64,000 nt of DNA from Verrucomicrobiia bacterium (GTDB lineage Bacteria > Verrucomicrobiota > Verrucomicrobiia > Palsa-1439): NCBI GenBank assembly GCA_035541135.1, contig DATKNW010000044.1:4489-68488 (forward strand), in the 5' to 3' direction. Both the position numbers and the translations under genes were made by a program. The notes under the pieces were generated by a model. The model saw only the letters and a list, made by a program, of their open reading frames with translations. It had not been told where the DNA came from and ran no database searches. Shown here piece after piece: positions 50,215 to 59,335 of the stretch. How positions within the stretch are numbered: the first letter of the stretch is position 1; every line of letters begins with the position of its first letter.

Positions 50215-50784
50215 CTAGAACTGCACCTTGGGGGCTTCGCGTTCTTCCTCGGCCTTCACCTCGAAGAAGTCGTGGCGGGCGAAATGGAACATGCCGGCGA
50301 TGACGTTGGTGGGGAAGACCTCGAGGCGCGTGTTGAAGGTCATGACGGTGTCGTTGTAGAACTGGCGCGAGAAGGAGATCTTGTTCTCGGTCGAGGTCAA
50401 TTCCTCCTGGAGCGCGAGAAAGTTCTGGTTGGCTTTCAGGTCGGGATAGGCCTCGGCGACCGCGAACAGTGATTTCAGCGCGCCCGTCAGCACGTTCTCG
50501 GCCTCGGCGCGCTCGCCGACGGTCTTGGCGCTGACGGCCATGTTGCGGGCCTGGATCACGGCTTCGAGGGTGCCGCTTTCGTGTTTGGCGTAGCCCTTGA
50601 CCGTCTCGACGAGATTGGGGATCAGGTCGTGGCGGCGTTTGAGCTGGACGTCGATCTGGGCCCAGGCGTTTTCCAATTGGTTGCGGAGCCGGATCAGGCT
50701 GTTGTAGGTGCCGGCGATCCAGAGGAAGACGATGACCACCAGTCCGACCAGGACCAGGGCGATGAATCCAATTGCAGGTAACAT
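50215..50784 (-). CDS. lemA: LemA family protein
   Basis: N-terminal TM helix, [44 protein letters not shown] are LemA signatures. Typical lemA/M48-protease neighbourhood. Confidence 0.85.
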   Translation of the reverse strand: MLPAIGFIALVLVGLVVIVFLWIAGTYNSLIRLRNQLENAWAQIDVQLKRRHDLIPNLVETVKGYAKHESGTLEAVIQARNMAVSAKTVGERAEAENVLTGALKSLFAVAEAYPDLKANQNFLALQEELTSTENKISFSRQFYNDTVMTFNTRLEVFPTNVIAGMFHFARHDFFEVKAEEEREAPKVQF

Positions 50785-50804
50785 GTTGTTATCTCCTCAT
50801 TCGG

Positions 50805-51224
50805 TTACGGTTTTGATTGTACGCCGAAAAGTTCGTTCAATTGATCGATGGTTTTGCTCGCGCCGCTTTCGGGCGGGAACATTGCGAGAAGCTGCTGTAA
50901 TTCGTGATCGTCGAACCACAGGCCGTGGCCGCGAGGACATTTGTCGAGCGTCAGGGTGGGCGAGCCGGGGTGGTTGACCTGGATCTCGTGGAGCGCGGTG
51001 TCGCAACGCGGGCAGAGATGGGGCCGGCCCTTGGGTTCGACGCCGTCCTGATTCTGGAATTTTAGAAGCGGATCGTCGGTGCGGGCGCCGGTGCGTTTCA
51101 TGATGGCTTCCAATTCGCCGGTGCCGAGCCAGAGGCCGCGGCATTTATGGCAGAAATGCACGTCAAGATGCTGGAAATGCAGGACGAACAGGGGCACATC
51201 ACATTTTGGGCAGACGCGTTTCAT
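50805..51224 (-). CDS. Double zinc-ribbon protein (zf-TFIIB-like)
   Basis: Two CP.C...(18-20)...C.KC.G.W and CPRC...(17)...CPRGHGLWFD modules with ...LW(L/F)(G/D) tails, characteristic of PF13453-type zinc ribbons. Confidence 0.6.
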   Translation of the reverse strand: MKRVCPKCDVPLFVLHFQHLDVHFCHKCRGLWLGTGELEAIMKRTGARTDDPLLKFQNQDGVEPKGRPHLCPRCDTALHEIQVNHPGSPTLTLDKCPRGHGLWFDDHELQQLLAMFPPESGASKTIDQLNELFGVQSKP

Positions 51225-51744
51225 GTCGTGCTGGGCCTCGGGCAGGATGATGGTGCGGACGGGGCAGGGGCGTCAAGCACTTCCGGGGTACGGTGCCTAC
51301 TTCGCGGAAGCTGGACGCCTCCGCTACGAAGGCCGGGTCGCGGTTCATGGTTCATTGTCGGTAATGAAACACGAGGAAGGCGGCACGTCATTTATAAATT
51401 CGCGGGGTGTTTGTAATGAGCCAGCACGAAGAGCACGAAGAAGACACGAATGCCACGAAGATGACAATGCGGGCGCGAAGGAGACGGAGGAAACGAAGGC
51501 GGGAGACAGAAGACGGGAGACAGAGGTGCATGAGTGTCTAAGTGCCTACGTGCGGAGGAGGAGGCGAATCCGCCGACGCTAAAGCTTCCTCCTTCGCGTA
51601 AAGCTACGAAGGACAAGACGGCGCGACAGGTGGACATGAAGACGACACGAGTGGGAGCGAACGGCATAAGGGAGGGGCGACTGCATGCGACCGTCGCTAT
51701 CATGCTTGTTGTCGCTTTACATCCGTGATAGTGCTTTTCCTGTC

Positions 51745-53106
51745 ATGACGGCCCCGTGGGAAGTAAATTGGATTTTCAGGCAATCGTTGGCCCCCGGTGG
51801 CCAAGGTACTACCTCGCTTGTAGGCCTCCGCTCGGACGAGACCAAGCTAGGCGTGCTTAAGGAGCTCAGGGACGGCAGGAGCGCGGAGGCGAGGACCCGG
51901 ATGTTTCAGGAGGTTGCAAACCTCCGCGTGGTTCATAGCGATGGGGCGAAGGTTCCGCGTTTTATCGAGGGAAACACAGACTCTTACGAAGACCTCGCGG
52001 TGCCTCTCTACTTCGTGATGGAGCACGTGGTTGGGCCGACTCTTGCGGAGCACATCGGGAAGGCTTGGCCGTTACCCTTAGAAACTGCTGTTCGCCTAAC
52101 CCTAGACATTGCAAATAGCATTGAGGTCGGGCACGCGAAGAATATTCTTCACCGCGATCTAAAACCTGAGAATGTCATCATACGTGGGTTAGACCCGCCG
52201 GATGCAGTGATCCTAGACTACGGTCTCTCCTTCAATCTCGACGAGTCCCGAAACATCACTTCTGCGAGCGAGACGATGGGCAACAAGTTTCTGGTACTGT
52301 CGGAAGGTCGAGTACCCGGAGACAACCGACGGGATCCCCGGTCGGATCTGACGGCGCTGTGCGGCATTCTCTATTACTGCCTGACCGGAAACTACCCGGG
52401 TATGCTTCAAGACTCTGCTGGGAACGCGCCACACAGACGCCCCAAGTATGGACTGCGAGATGACCTAGTTAAGGGGTTAACTGGCAACCGTCTGATGTCG
52501 TTTTTTGATCGAGGCTTTTCACCCGTTACGACGTCACGGTTTCAGAGCGTTAAGGAGCTGAAAAGCCGTCTTGACGAGTTGCTCGCTCAAGATTCCCCGG
52601 AGGCTTTTGAGGACCCACTTGAGGTTGCCAGACAGGCGTCTGAGGATCTCCTCAAGAACAATAGGGCGTCGCAATTGAACCAGTTCCAGAGGAAGCTTAT
52701 GGAGTCGTGGAATCTGATAGGTGGCTTTGTACATCAAATGCGCGGCAATCTGGGCCAATTCTCGTTGGACATGGCCAGCAGTTACCCGTCCTCAATCGCT
52801 ATCGCGCCGGCTTCTGAAATGCTCAACTTCCATTTGATCTGGTCACTGACTGCCGAGGCTGTGGGAACACATGCGTTCGTCGCGTGGGCCGTTTGCGCCT
52901 CAGGTGAGGAGTGCACACTTTACCGGGGGATTTATACCATTAAGGCTCAGCCCCCAAGTACGGCGAAGACAGTTGCCGCTCCCAGTCCTGTGTGTAGGTG
53001 GCAGGGTTCGCGAGGGCCTGACAGGGACGCCCTAGCCGACGCATTCAAAAGGACACTCTCAGAGGCAATCCGAGCTTACGCGAAGGAGTTGGAGACATCC
53101 CGGTAA
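51745..53106 (+). CDS. Ser/Thr protein kinase with uncharacterised ~200-aa C-terminal domain; low-GC (foreign-looking) gene
   Basis: Gly-rich loop PGGQGTTSLVG, VAIK-like VLKEL, catalytic loop HRDLKPENVII, DFG-equivalent LDYGLS. The C-terminal half has no recognisable family. Codon usage is markedly more A/T-rich than neighbours (e.g. CCTTAGAAACTGCTGTTCGCCTAACCCTAGACATTGCAAATAGCATT). Confidence 0.75.
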   Translation: MTAPWEVNWIFRQSLAPGGQGTTSLVGLRSDETKLGVLKELRDGRSAEARTRMFQEVANLRVVHSDGAKVPRFIEGNTDSYEDLAVPLYFVMEHVVGPTLAEHIGKAWPLPLETAVRLTLDIANSIEVGHAKNILHRDLKPENVIIRGLDPPDAVILDYGLSFNLDESRNITSASETMGNKFLVLSEGRVPGDNRRDPRSDLTALCGILYYCLTGNYPGMLQDSAGNAPHRRPKYGLRDDLVKGLTGNRLMSFFDRGFSPVTTSRFQSVKELKSRLDELLAQDSPEAFEDPLEVARQASEDLLKNNRASQLNQFQRKLMESWNLIGGFVHQMRGNLGQFSLDMASSYPSSIAIAPASEMLNFHLIWSLTAEAVGTHAFVAWAVCASGEECTLYRGIYTIKAQPPSTAKTVAAPSPVCRWQGSRGPDRDALADAFKRTLSEAIRAYAKELETSR

Positions 53107-53166
53107 CTCGCCGCGGTGGGCGCGGCCCTTGATCGCATTCTTTTGAAGTCTTCTGCTGAACGCCCA

Positions 53167-53796
53167 TCACCAGTGAGGGGTGGGAAAGGGGAAACCCTTT
53201 TGCGGTTGTTCCATCATTTGTTGAACAATAGCACCTGCCATTGTGATCACCAGCCACCAAGAGAGTGCGGCAATTAGTGCCAAGCCAGCCAGCACGAGCA
53301 GTCCATGCTTCACATGCCCGATGCACATGGCGTAGACGGCGCACAAGAACGCCGCAACGCCGAAGATTTCGCACGGTATCAGTACACCGTAGGCCAAGAG
53401 GAAGTTCTGCCGGGCCACAAAGAACCCGGCGAACTCGATTGCGACCGTTATGACCAGGCAATGGACGCCGGCTTCGATGGAGGGATGGACGGATGGTTTT
53501 TGTTTGGGCGTGGAGGCCGGGAGACCCCTCGACCCGTTCGGCAAGCTCAGGGCAGGCTTGCTCGGGATGACGGCCGGGCGAACGGGCTGCGGAGTGGGTG
53601 CAGGCGCTGGTGCTGCAACACGGGTGGCTGGTTTCGGCTCGACGCGGGCGGGGGGATCTTTCGGTTTTGGTGGTGGCGCGGCGGTCGGGACGTAGACGGG
53701 TTTGCCGCAGTCGGGGCAGTCGATGGTGATGCCGGCGCCGGCGTCGTCGATGACGAGTTTTTTGCCGCAGTTGCCGCAGGTGAACGAGATGTCCAT
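53167..53796 (-). CDS. Membrane protein with N-terminal zinc ribbon and Pro-rich linker
   Basis: CGNCGKK...CPDCGKP zinc ribbon, then PPPKPKDPPARVEPKPATRVAAPAPAPTPQP linker, then 3-4 TM helices. Confidence 0.5.
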   Translation of the reverse strand: MDISFTCGNCGKKLVIDDAGAGITIDCPDCGKPVYVPTAAPPPKPKDPPARVEPKPATRVAAPAPAPTPQPVRPAVIPSKPALSLPNGSRGLPASTPKQKPSVHPSIEAGVHCLVITVAIEFAGFFVARQNFLLAYGVLIPCEIFGVAAFLCAVYAMCIGHVKHGLLVLAGLALIAALSWWLVITMAGAIVQQMMEQPQKGFPFPTPHW

Positions 53797-54725
53797 GCAG
53801 AGCTTCTCCGGTGGGGCGGGATCATACAGCAGGGGACGGCGCAGGGCAATATGATGGCGTGGATGCGGACGGCTGGGACCCCGATGTGGGAATCGGGGCA
53901 GGCAGCCGTCCTTACCGACGGCGAGAGCGCGGGGGCTTACGGCAAAGCGCCGACGAGTCGGCGCACTCCAAAGGGGCGGCGATCATCATTCAAGGGAGAA
54001 CGGAGTCAGGACATTAGGAGAAGGCAAAAGGGCGGGGCGCGCTGTCCGAGTGGGAAGGAGGCACGGACGGCCCGGCGGTTCGTCCCTACCGACGGCGAAG
54101 AGTTGTCGATGGCGCATGGGCGTGTCGCCGAAAATGAGACACGCGCGGATGGTAGCTGTCGCTTTTTTTTATTTCTACCTGGGCTAAGCTTGGTCGTGAT
54201 TAGACATCGCAAGATGCGGCCGCGGCGGCAGCCAGTTGTACTTGCGTGGTGATAATCGTCGGGCCGTTATTCTTTGAAATAGAGGTGGTTGTTTTGCACT
54301 CGCTCGCGCCCGCTCGGCTCGCCCTGCGGGCCGCCTGCGGCGTTGCGTCGCGCCGCTCCCAGCGGCTTGGCTTTGACAAAGGGCAGCAGCTCACGGTTGT
54401 CCGTCCCTGGTTCCCGGTTAGGACGGCGAGAGCAGGAGAAAGAGGACGAAACCGGAAGGGGGCCCCCATAGTGTTTCTGCGAAACGAAGCCAATGGTTTT
54501 CAGGTGATAGCGTGAACGGATATGCCTACGAGGAAGGATGTTATGGAGAACCAAAATGCGAAAGATGCGTTGGCTTCGTTTGGCTTCGTTCGGGGCTGGC
54601 GGGCGCCCGTTCTACGATGTGGTCGGGACGCACTCAACTGGAAACACAACAAACGGGCGGGACGCCCGTTCTCCGGTGCGGCGGCGTTTACAAACGGATG
54701 GTTTCCTTGTAAACATGGGGGCGGC

Positions 54726-55193
54726 ATGAAATCGCATGAATTGTTGCGGGAGGTTTTCCAGGCGCACAACCCGAAAGAGATCGCGGAGCGGATGGGGCTG
54801 TCCGTGTCGATGGTGTACAAGTGGGCGGAGCCGCCGGAGCAGGGGAGCGGCGCGACGAATCCGCTGGATCGGACCGTGGGGCTGATGGAAGCGGCGGGGG
54901 ATCCACGGGTCGTGGAGTGGATCTGCTCGCACGCGAACGGGTTCTTCATCGAGAATCCGAAGGTCACGCGGCATCGGACGTATTCGTTGGTGCCAGCGAC
55001 GCATCGGGTAGTGCAAGATTTTGCCGAAATGTTGTCGGTGATCGCCAATGGGGCAGTGGACAATAACATCTCGAAGGGCGAGGCGGATCGGATACGGGAG
55101 CGATGGGAGGATTTGAAATCGGTGACGGAGAGTTTCGTAAGGGCCTGCGAGGAGGGGAGTTTCCATACGATCAGGAACCATGAGCACCACTGA
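54726..55193 (+). CDS. Phage regulatory protein CII (CP76)-like HTH regulator
   Basis: EIAERMGLSVSMVYKWAEPPE HTH, then NPLDRTVGLMEAAGDPRVVEWIC, resembling CP76/CII-family phage regulators. Upstream in-frame extension to 54522 is possible but unlikely. Confidence 0.4.
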   Translation: MKSHELLREVFQAHNPKEIAERMGLSVSMVYKWAEPPEQGSGATNPLDRTVGLMEAAGDPRVVEWICSHANGFFIENPKVTRHRTYSLVPATHRVVQDFAEMLSVIANGAVDNNISKGEADRIRERWEDLKSVTESFVRACEEGSFHTIRNHEHH

Positions 55194-55677
55194 ACCGCAT
55201 GTGGATCGGATTGATTGGTCGAAGTGGAAACCGACCGAGTATGCCAACTTGTGTTTTGTGATCCGGGATGGGCAGATCCTGTTGATACGCAAGAAGCGCG
55301 GGCTGGGGGCGGGGAAGATGAACGGGCCAGGCGGGCGGTTGGAGAAGGGGGAGACGGCGGAGCAGGCGGCGATTCGCGAGACGCAGGAAGAAATCGGGGT
55401 GACGCCGACGGATTTGGAGGCTGTGGGGGAGTTGTTCTTCGTGTTTTTGGATGGGTACAAGTTGCATGTGGCGGTCTTCGCGGCGGGAGGGTGCGAGGGT
55501 GAGCTGATTGAAACGGACGAAGCGACTCCGATTTGGACGGATGTCGGGAAGATTCCGTACCACGACATGTGGCAGGATGACGCCTACTGGTTGCCGTTGT
55601 TACTGAGGCGGAAGAAGTTTCGCGGGTATTTTGTGTTTGATGGGGACAAGCTGCTGAGTCATCGGCTGGAGACCTAG
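55180..55677 (+). CDS. NUDIX hydrolase (MutT-like)
   Basis: Nudix box GPGGRLEKGETAEQAAIRETQEEIGV (GX5EX7REUXEEXGU). 14-nt overlap with the upstream regulator gene. Confidence 0.85.
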   Translation: MSTTEPHVDRIDWSKWKPTEYANLCFVIRDGQILLIRKKRGLGAGKMNGPGGRLEKGETAEQAAIRETQEEIGVTPTDLEAVGELFFVFLDGYKLHVAVFAAGGCEGELIETDEATPIWTDVGKIPYHDMWQDDAYWLPLLLRRKKFRGYFVFDGDKLLSHRLET

Positions 55678-55837
55678 CTGGCGATTTTTGCTCAAGGTAA
55701 CCAGTTTGGCCTTTTGGTTACCACTACGTCACAGATTCATTGATTCACCCATGTACTTGCGGTCAAGAATGTTACATGATGTTTCATCAAAAAGCCCTTG
55801 AAAATAGCTTGTTTTCGATTGAACAACTGATATAAAC

Positions 55838-56194
55838 GTGTGTCATATAACTAACAAAATGATGAAAGCTCGACAAAGAACCATGAAGAAGGCCCGACGG
55901 TCGTCACCGTTGCGACGTCTAGCGCGGGTGGTGCGTCCTGTGAAGGAGCCCACTTTGCTGGAGAAAATCGCGCAAGTGACTGATGAGTTGCAGCTTCTGC
56001 GCAGTCGCCTTGCGAATGCTGGGGATGATCTGCCGACGGTCGGCACGCACCGGATCGCTTCATTGGAAGCGGAACTTGAGCGCCTCTGGGAATTGCGGCG
56101 GAAAGAACAGGCCGCGCCCCTCCGCAGCACGGCGCTAACCGAGGAAGAGGAGAAGGTACTGGCCTTTCCTAGCGGAAGCCGATCGCGCGGGTAA
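55838..56194 (+). CDS. Hypothetical basic/coiled-coil protein (118 aa)
   Basis: ORF after an AT-rich promoter-like region. Lys/Arg-rich N-terminus, then a helical segment. No family recognised. Confidence 0.35.
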   Translation: MCHITNKMMKARQRTMKKARRSSPLRRLARVVRPVKEPTLLEKIAQVTDELQLLRSRLANAGDDLPTVGTHRIASLEAELERLWELRRKEQAAPLRSTALTEEEEKVLAFPSGSRSRG

Positions 56195-56286
56195 GATCCA
56201 CTGACATTGCAAACGTTTCAACGAGCAGGGTGTGAAAACGCCCTGCTCGTTTCATTTTTGTGATTATCGGAAGGGCGCGGGCGATG

Positions 56287-56946
56287 CTAAGCAAGTCCGA
56301 TGACGGAATCGACCAGTTTTTCAATTCCTTCGGCGGCTTCGGTGATGTCGCGGGCCAGCATGTAGGCCGGAGTGCTGACGACCTTCCGCTCCCTGTCGAT
56401 GACAATGTCCCGCACGGCGCAAGGCACGTGGTTTGCCCCCATGGCCTCGATGTCTTTGGCGGTGTTCTTGTCGGTTCCGACGGTAACCTGGGTATGTTCG
56501 GGGCCGAATAGCTTCGCCGCGATCACGGGCGCGATACACGCAACGCCGATGGGCTTCTGATTCTGATGCATTTCCGTTGCGAGGCGCGCGACATCGGGGT
56601 TGACGGAGCATTCGGACCCCTTGAACGCATAGTCGCTCAGGTTCTTGGCCGCGCCGAATCCCCCGGGAAAGATCAGAGCGTCGATTTCGGTCGCGTTGAC
56701 CGTGGCGACGTCGCGAATCTTGCCACGGGCGATCCGGGCGGATTCCACGAGGACATTGCGGATTTCGCCCTTGGATTCCTCGCCAGTCAGATGGTTGATG
56801 ACGTGACGCTGGCGGATGTTTGGCGCCATGCAGACCGCTTCGGCGCCGCGCCGCGCGATCGCCAGGAGCACCAGCACGCTTTCGTGGACCTCCGCGCCGT
56901 CCATGACCCCGCAGCCGGACAGGACGACCCCAATTTTCTTTGCCAT
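56287..56946 (-). CDS. elbB: Isoprenoid biosynthesis glyoxalase ElbB (DJ-1/PfpI class I glutamine amidotransferase-like)
   Basis: MAKKIGVVLSGCGVMDGAEVHE...IDALIFPGGFGAAKNL...CIAPV are ElbB/ES1 family motifs. Confidence 0.8.
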   Translation of the reverse strand: MAKKIGVVLSGCGVMDGAEVHESVLVLLAIARRGAEAVCMAPNIRQRHVINHLTGEESKGEIRNVLVESARIARGKIRDVATVNATEIDALIFPGGFGAAKNLSDYAFKGSECSVNPDVARLATEMHQNQKPIGVACIAPVIAAKLFGPEHTQVTVGTDKNTAKDIEAMGANHVPCAVRDIVIDRERKVVSTPAYMLARDITEAAEGIEKLVDSVIGLA

Positions 56947-56980
56947 AGTTGCCTCCCGCACGTATTCTAACGCGCTCGAC

Positions 56981-57808
56981 ATGGCAACACAAACCAAGAA
57001 CGTGGCGCGGCTGGTGAAGATCATGGCGCGGCTGCGCGGCCCGGGCGGATGTCCGTGGGACCGCGAGCAGACGCATCAATCCATCCGCCACAATCTCATT
57101 GAGGAATGCTACGAGGCGATTGAGGCCCTTGACCATCGAGACATGGGTGCGTTCCGTGATGAGCTCGGCGACATCCTCCTGCAGGTCGTATTTCACTCCC
57201 AGATGGCGAGCGAGCGAGGCGATTTCGATTTCGACGCAGTGGCCCGGTCGATCAGCGACAAGCTGGTGCACCGTCATCCGCACGTGTTCGGGAAGGCCAA
57301 GGCTCGCAACAGCGCCGAGGTGCTCCAGCAATGGGAAGCGATCAAGAAATCCGAGAAGGGCGCATCGAGCATTGTCCACTTGGAAGACCTGCCGAAGCAT
57401 CTGCCGGCACTGTTGAAGGCCGACAAGGTGCAGCGCAAGGTCGCGCGCGTCGGATTTGACTGGAAGCAGGTGGATGACGTGGTCGCCAAGGTCGAGGAGG
57501 AAGTGCGGGAACTCAAGGGCGCGCTCGCGTCGAAAAGCCGCAAGCAATTCGAGGAGGAAGTCGGTGACCTGTTATTTGCGGTGGTGAACCTGGCGCGGTT
57601 CGAGGATCTGCAAGCCGAGGACCTTCTCAATCGTAGCATCGCCAAGTTCGTGAAGCGGTTTCAGCAGATCGAAACATCGGTTCATGCCAGCGGGCGGCGG
57701 CTGGAAGACTGCACCCTCGAGGAATTGGACGCGCTCTGGGAATCAGCCAAGCACAAGGAACAAAAACGCAGACGCAAGAATCGCCGCATCGCCGGCTCAC
57801 GCAGATAG
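56981..57808 (+). CDS. mazG: Nucleoside triphosphate pyrophosphohydrolase MazG
   Basis: CPWDREQTHQSIRHNLIEECYEAIEA and ELGDLLFAVVNLARF, the two EExxE MazG domains. Confidence 0.85.
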   Translation: MATQTKNVARLVKIMARLRGPGGCPWDREQTHQSIRHNLIEECYEAIEALDHRDMGAFRDELGDILLQVVFHSQMASERGDFDFDAVARSISDKLVHRHPHVFGKAKARNSAEVLQQWEAIKKSEKGASSIVHLEDLPKHLPALLKADKVQRKVARVGFDWKQVDDVVAKVEEEVRELKGALASKSRKQFEEEVGDLLFAVVNLARFEDLQAEDLLNRSIAKFVKRFQQIETSVHASGRRLEDCTLEELDALWESAKHKEQKRRRKNRRIAGSRR

Positions 57809-57885
57809 GTCGCCCGGATGGACGGTGAAACCCGCCGCTCTTCCATCGCCCAAATCCCACACAGGCTCTTCTTCGCCAGATGTTC

Positions 57886-58083
57886 TTACACCGCGCAACA
57901 ATCGTGTTCGCAGGCGCAGACCTCGACGGTGCACGCGCGTGACGCGCAGGTCTCACTGCAAAACACCAGATTGCCCCGCCGCACGCCGCCGCCCTCGGCC
58001 AGCGTGCACTGACAACTGGCGCACGCGCATTTGATTCGACGTGATCGTTTGCCCGCTGATTTCGCTTTGGTGGTCCGTTTCAT
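57886..58083 (-). CDS. Bacterial metallothionein (SmtA/BmtA-like), 65 aa
   Basis: KCACASCQC...NLVFCSETCASRAC...CACEHDCC parallels SmtA KCACEPCLC...GLYYCSEACADGH... Confidence 0.6.
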   Translation of the reverse strand: MKRTTKAKSAGKRSRRIKCACASCQCTLAEGGGVRRGNLVFCSETCASRACTVEVCACEHDCCAV

Positions 58084-58155
58084 ATCGCTCCTTGTTGTTC
58101 CCGGATCAACATACGCCCGGCGAAATGCTTTGGCAATCGGGCGCGACGGGCAGAG

Positions 58156-59295
58156 CTATGCGGCGGCCGCGCCGCGGTACACGCGGGCGACCCGGGCGTT
58201 CTTGGTAATCCCGCAAAGTACTTCCCACGGTATCGTGTCTTCCCAACGAGCCACGTCACTGGCGGTAATTCGCGCCGTGCCTTGGTCACCGATCAAGACC
58301 ACCTCGTCGCCGCATTGCACGTCGGGAACCTGCGTCACGTCCACCATGATCTGGTCCATCGTGACCCGGCCGACCACCCGACAGCGCTTCCCGCCCGCGA
58401 GCACCTCGGCCTTGTTCGACAGATGCCGGCTGAAACCGTCGGCGTAACCCGCCGTGACCGTCGCAATGCGCATCGGCCTCTCGGCGAGGAATGTCTGGCC
58501 GTAGCTGATCGTGCGGCCTGCGGCGACATCCTTGACATACGCCACGCGCGCCTTGAACGAGAGCAGAGGACGAAACTCGCCCGACGCCACCTCGGTGGGG
58601 CAAATCCCGTACAGCAACAGCCCGGGCCTGACCATCGTCAGATGTGATTCCTTCACGCGCACGAGGGCGGCGCTGTTGGACGTGTGAATGAACGGGATCA
58701 GTACCCCATCGCTGCCGACGATCTGAATGATCTTCTGGAAAATGCCCAGTTCGCGCCGCGTCTCCTCGAGGTTCTCATCAGCCGACGGGAAATGCGTGTA
58801 CAGTCCCGCAATCCGCAGATGCGGCAGTTTCGCGATTTGCAGAATGGCCCCGATCGCGTCCTCGTGCCAGAATCCCACGCGCCCCATCCCGGTATCGACC
58901 TCGACATGCACGTCCACCGTCTTGCCGCGCCGACGCGCCTCGTCCTCAAACAGCCCGGCTTCATCGAGGGCCGAGATCGTCGGCGTGATACTCTGCTCGA
59001 CCATCTTCGCCACCTCGAATGGCAGCGCCGAGCCGAACAATAGAATCGGCCAGCCCGTCCCGCCAATCTGCCGCAGCACCAGCGCTTCGGACAAATGCGC
59101 CACCGCAAACGCGTCAACGCCGCACTGCATCAGCGTGCTGCCCACTTGCGCGAGCCCGTGCCCGTATGCATCGGCTTTCACCACCGCCATCAGCTTCACT
59201 TCGGACCCGATGCGGCGGCGGATCGCGGCGACATTGTGGCGGAGGGCGTCGAGGTCAACCTCCACCCAACAACGGTAATACGATTGCGGAGTCAT
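58156..59295 (-). CDS. alr: Alanine racemase
   Basis: AVVKADAYGHG PLP-Lys motif, full N-terminal barrel and C-terminal domain. Start taken at MTPQSYY. The Pro/Arg-rich upstream extension to 59502 is likely artefactual. Confidence 0.9.
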   Translation of the reverse strand: MTPQSYYRCWVEVDLDALRHNVAAIRRRIGSEVKLMAVVKADAYGHGLAQVGSTLMQCGVDAFAVAHLSEALVLRQIGGTGWPILLFGSALPFEVAKMVEQSITPTISALDEAGLFEDEARRRGKTVDVHVEVDTGMGRVGFWHEDAIGAILQIAKLPHLRIAGLYTHFPSADENLEETRRELGIFQKIIQIVGSDGVLIPFIHTSNSAALVRVKESHLTMVRPGLLLYGICPTEVASGEFRPLLSFKARVAYVKDVAAGRTISYGQTFLAERPMRIATVTAGYADGFSRHLSNKAEVLAGGKRCRVVGRVTMDQIMVDVTQVPDVQCGDEVVLIGDQGTARITASDVARWEDTIPWEVLCGITKNARVARVYRGAAAA

Positions 59296-59335
59296 AAAAT
59301 GCCCGGGGAGTGTATCAAAACTCCACCGCGCATTT

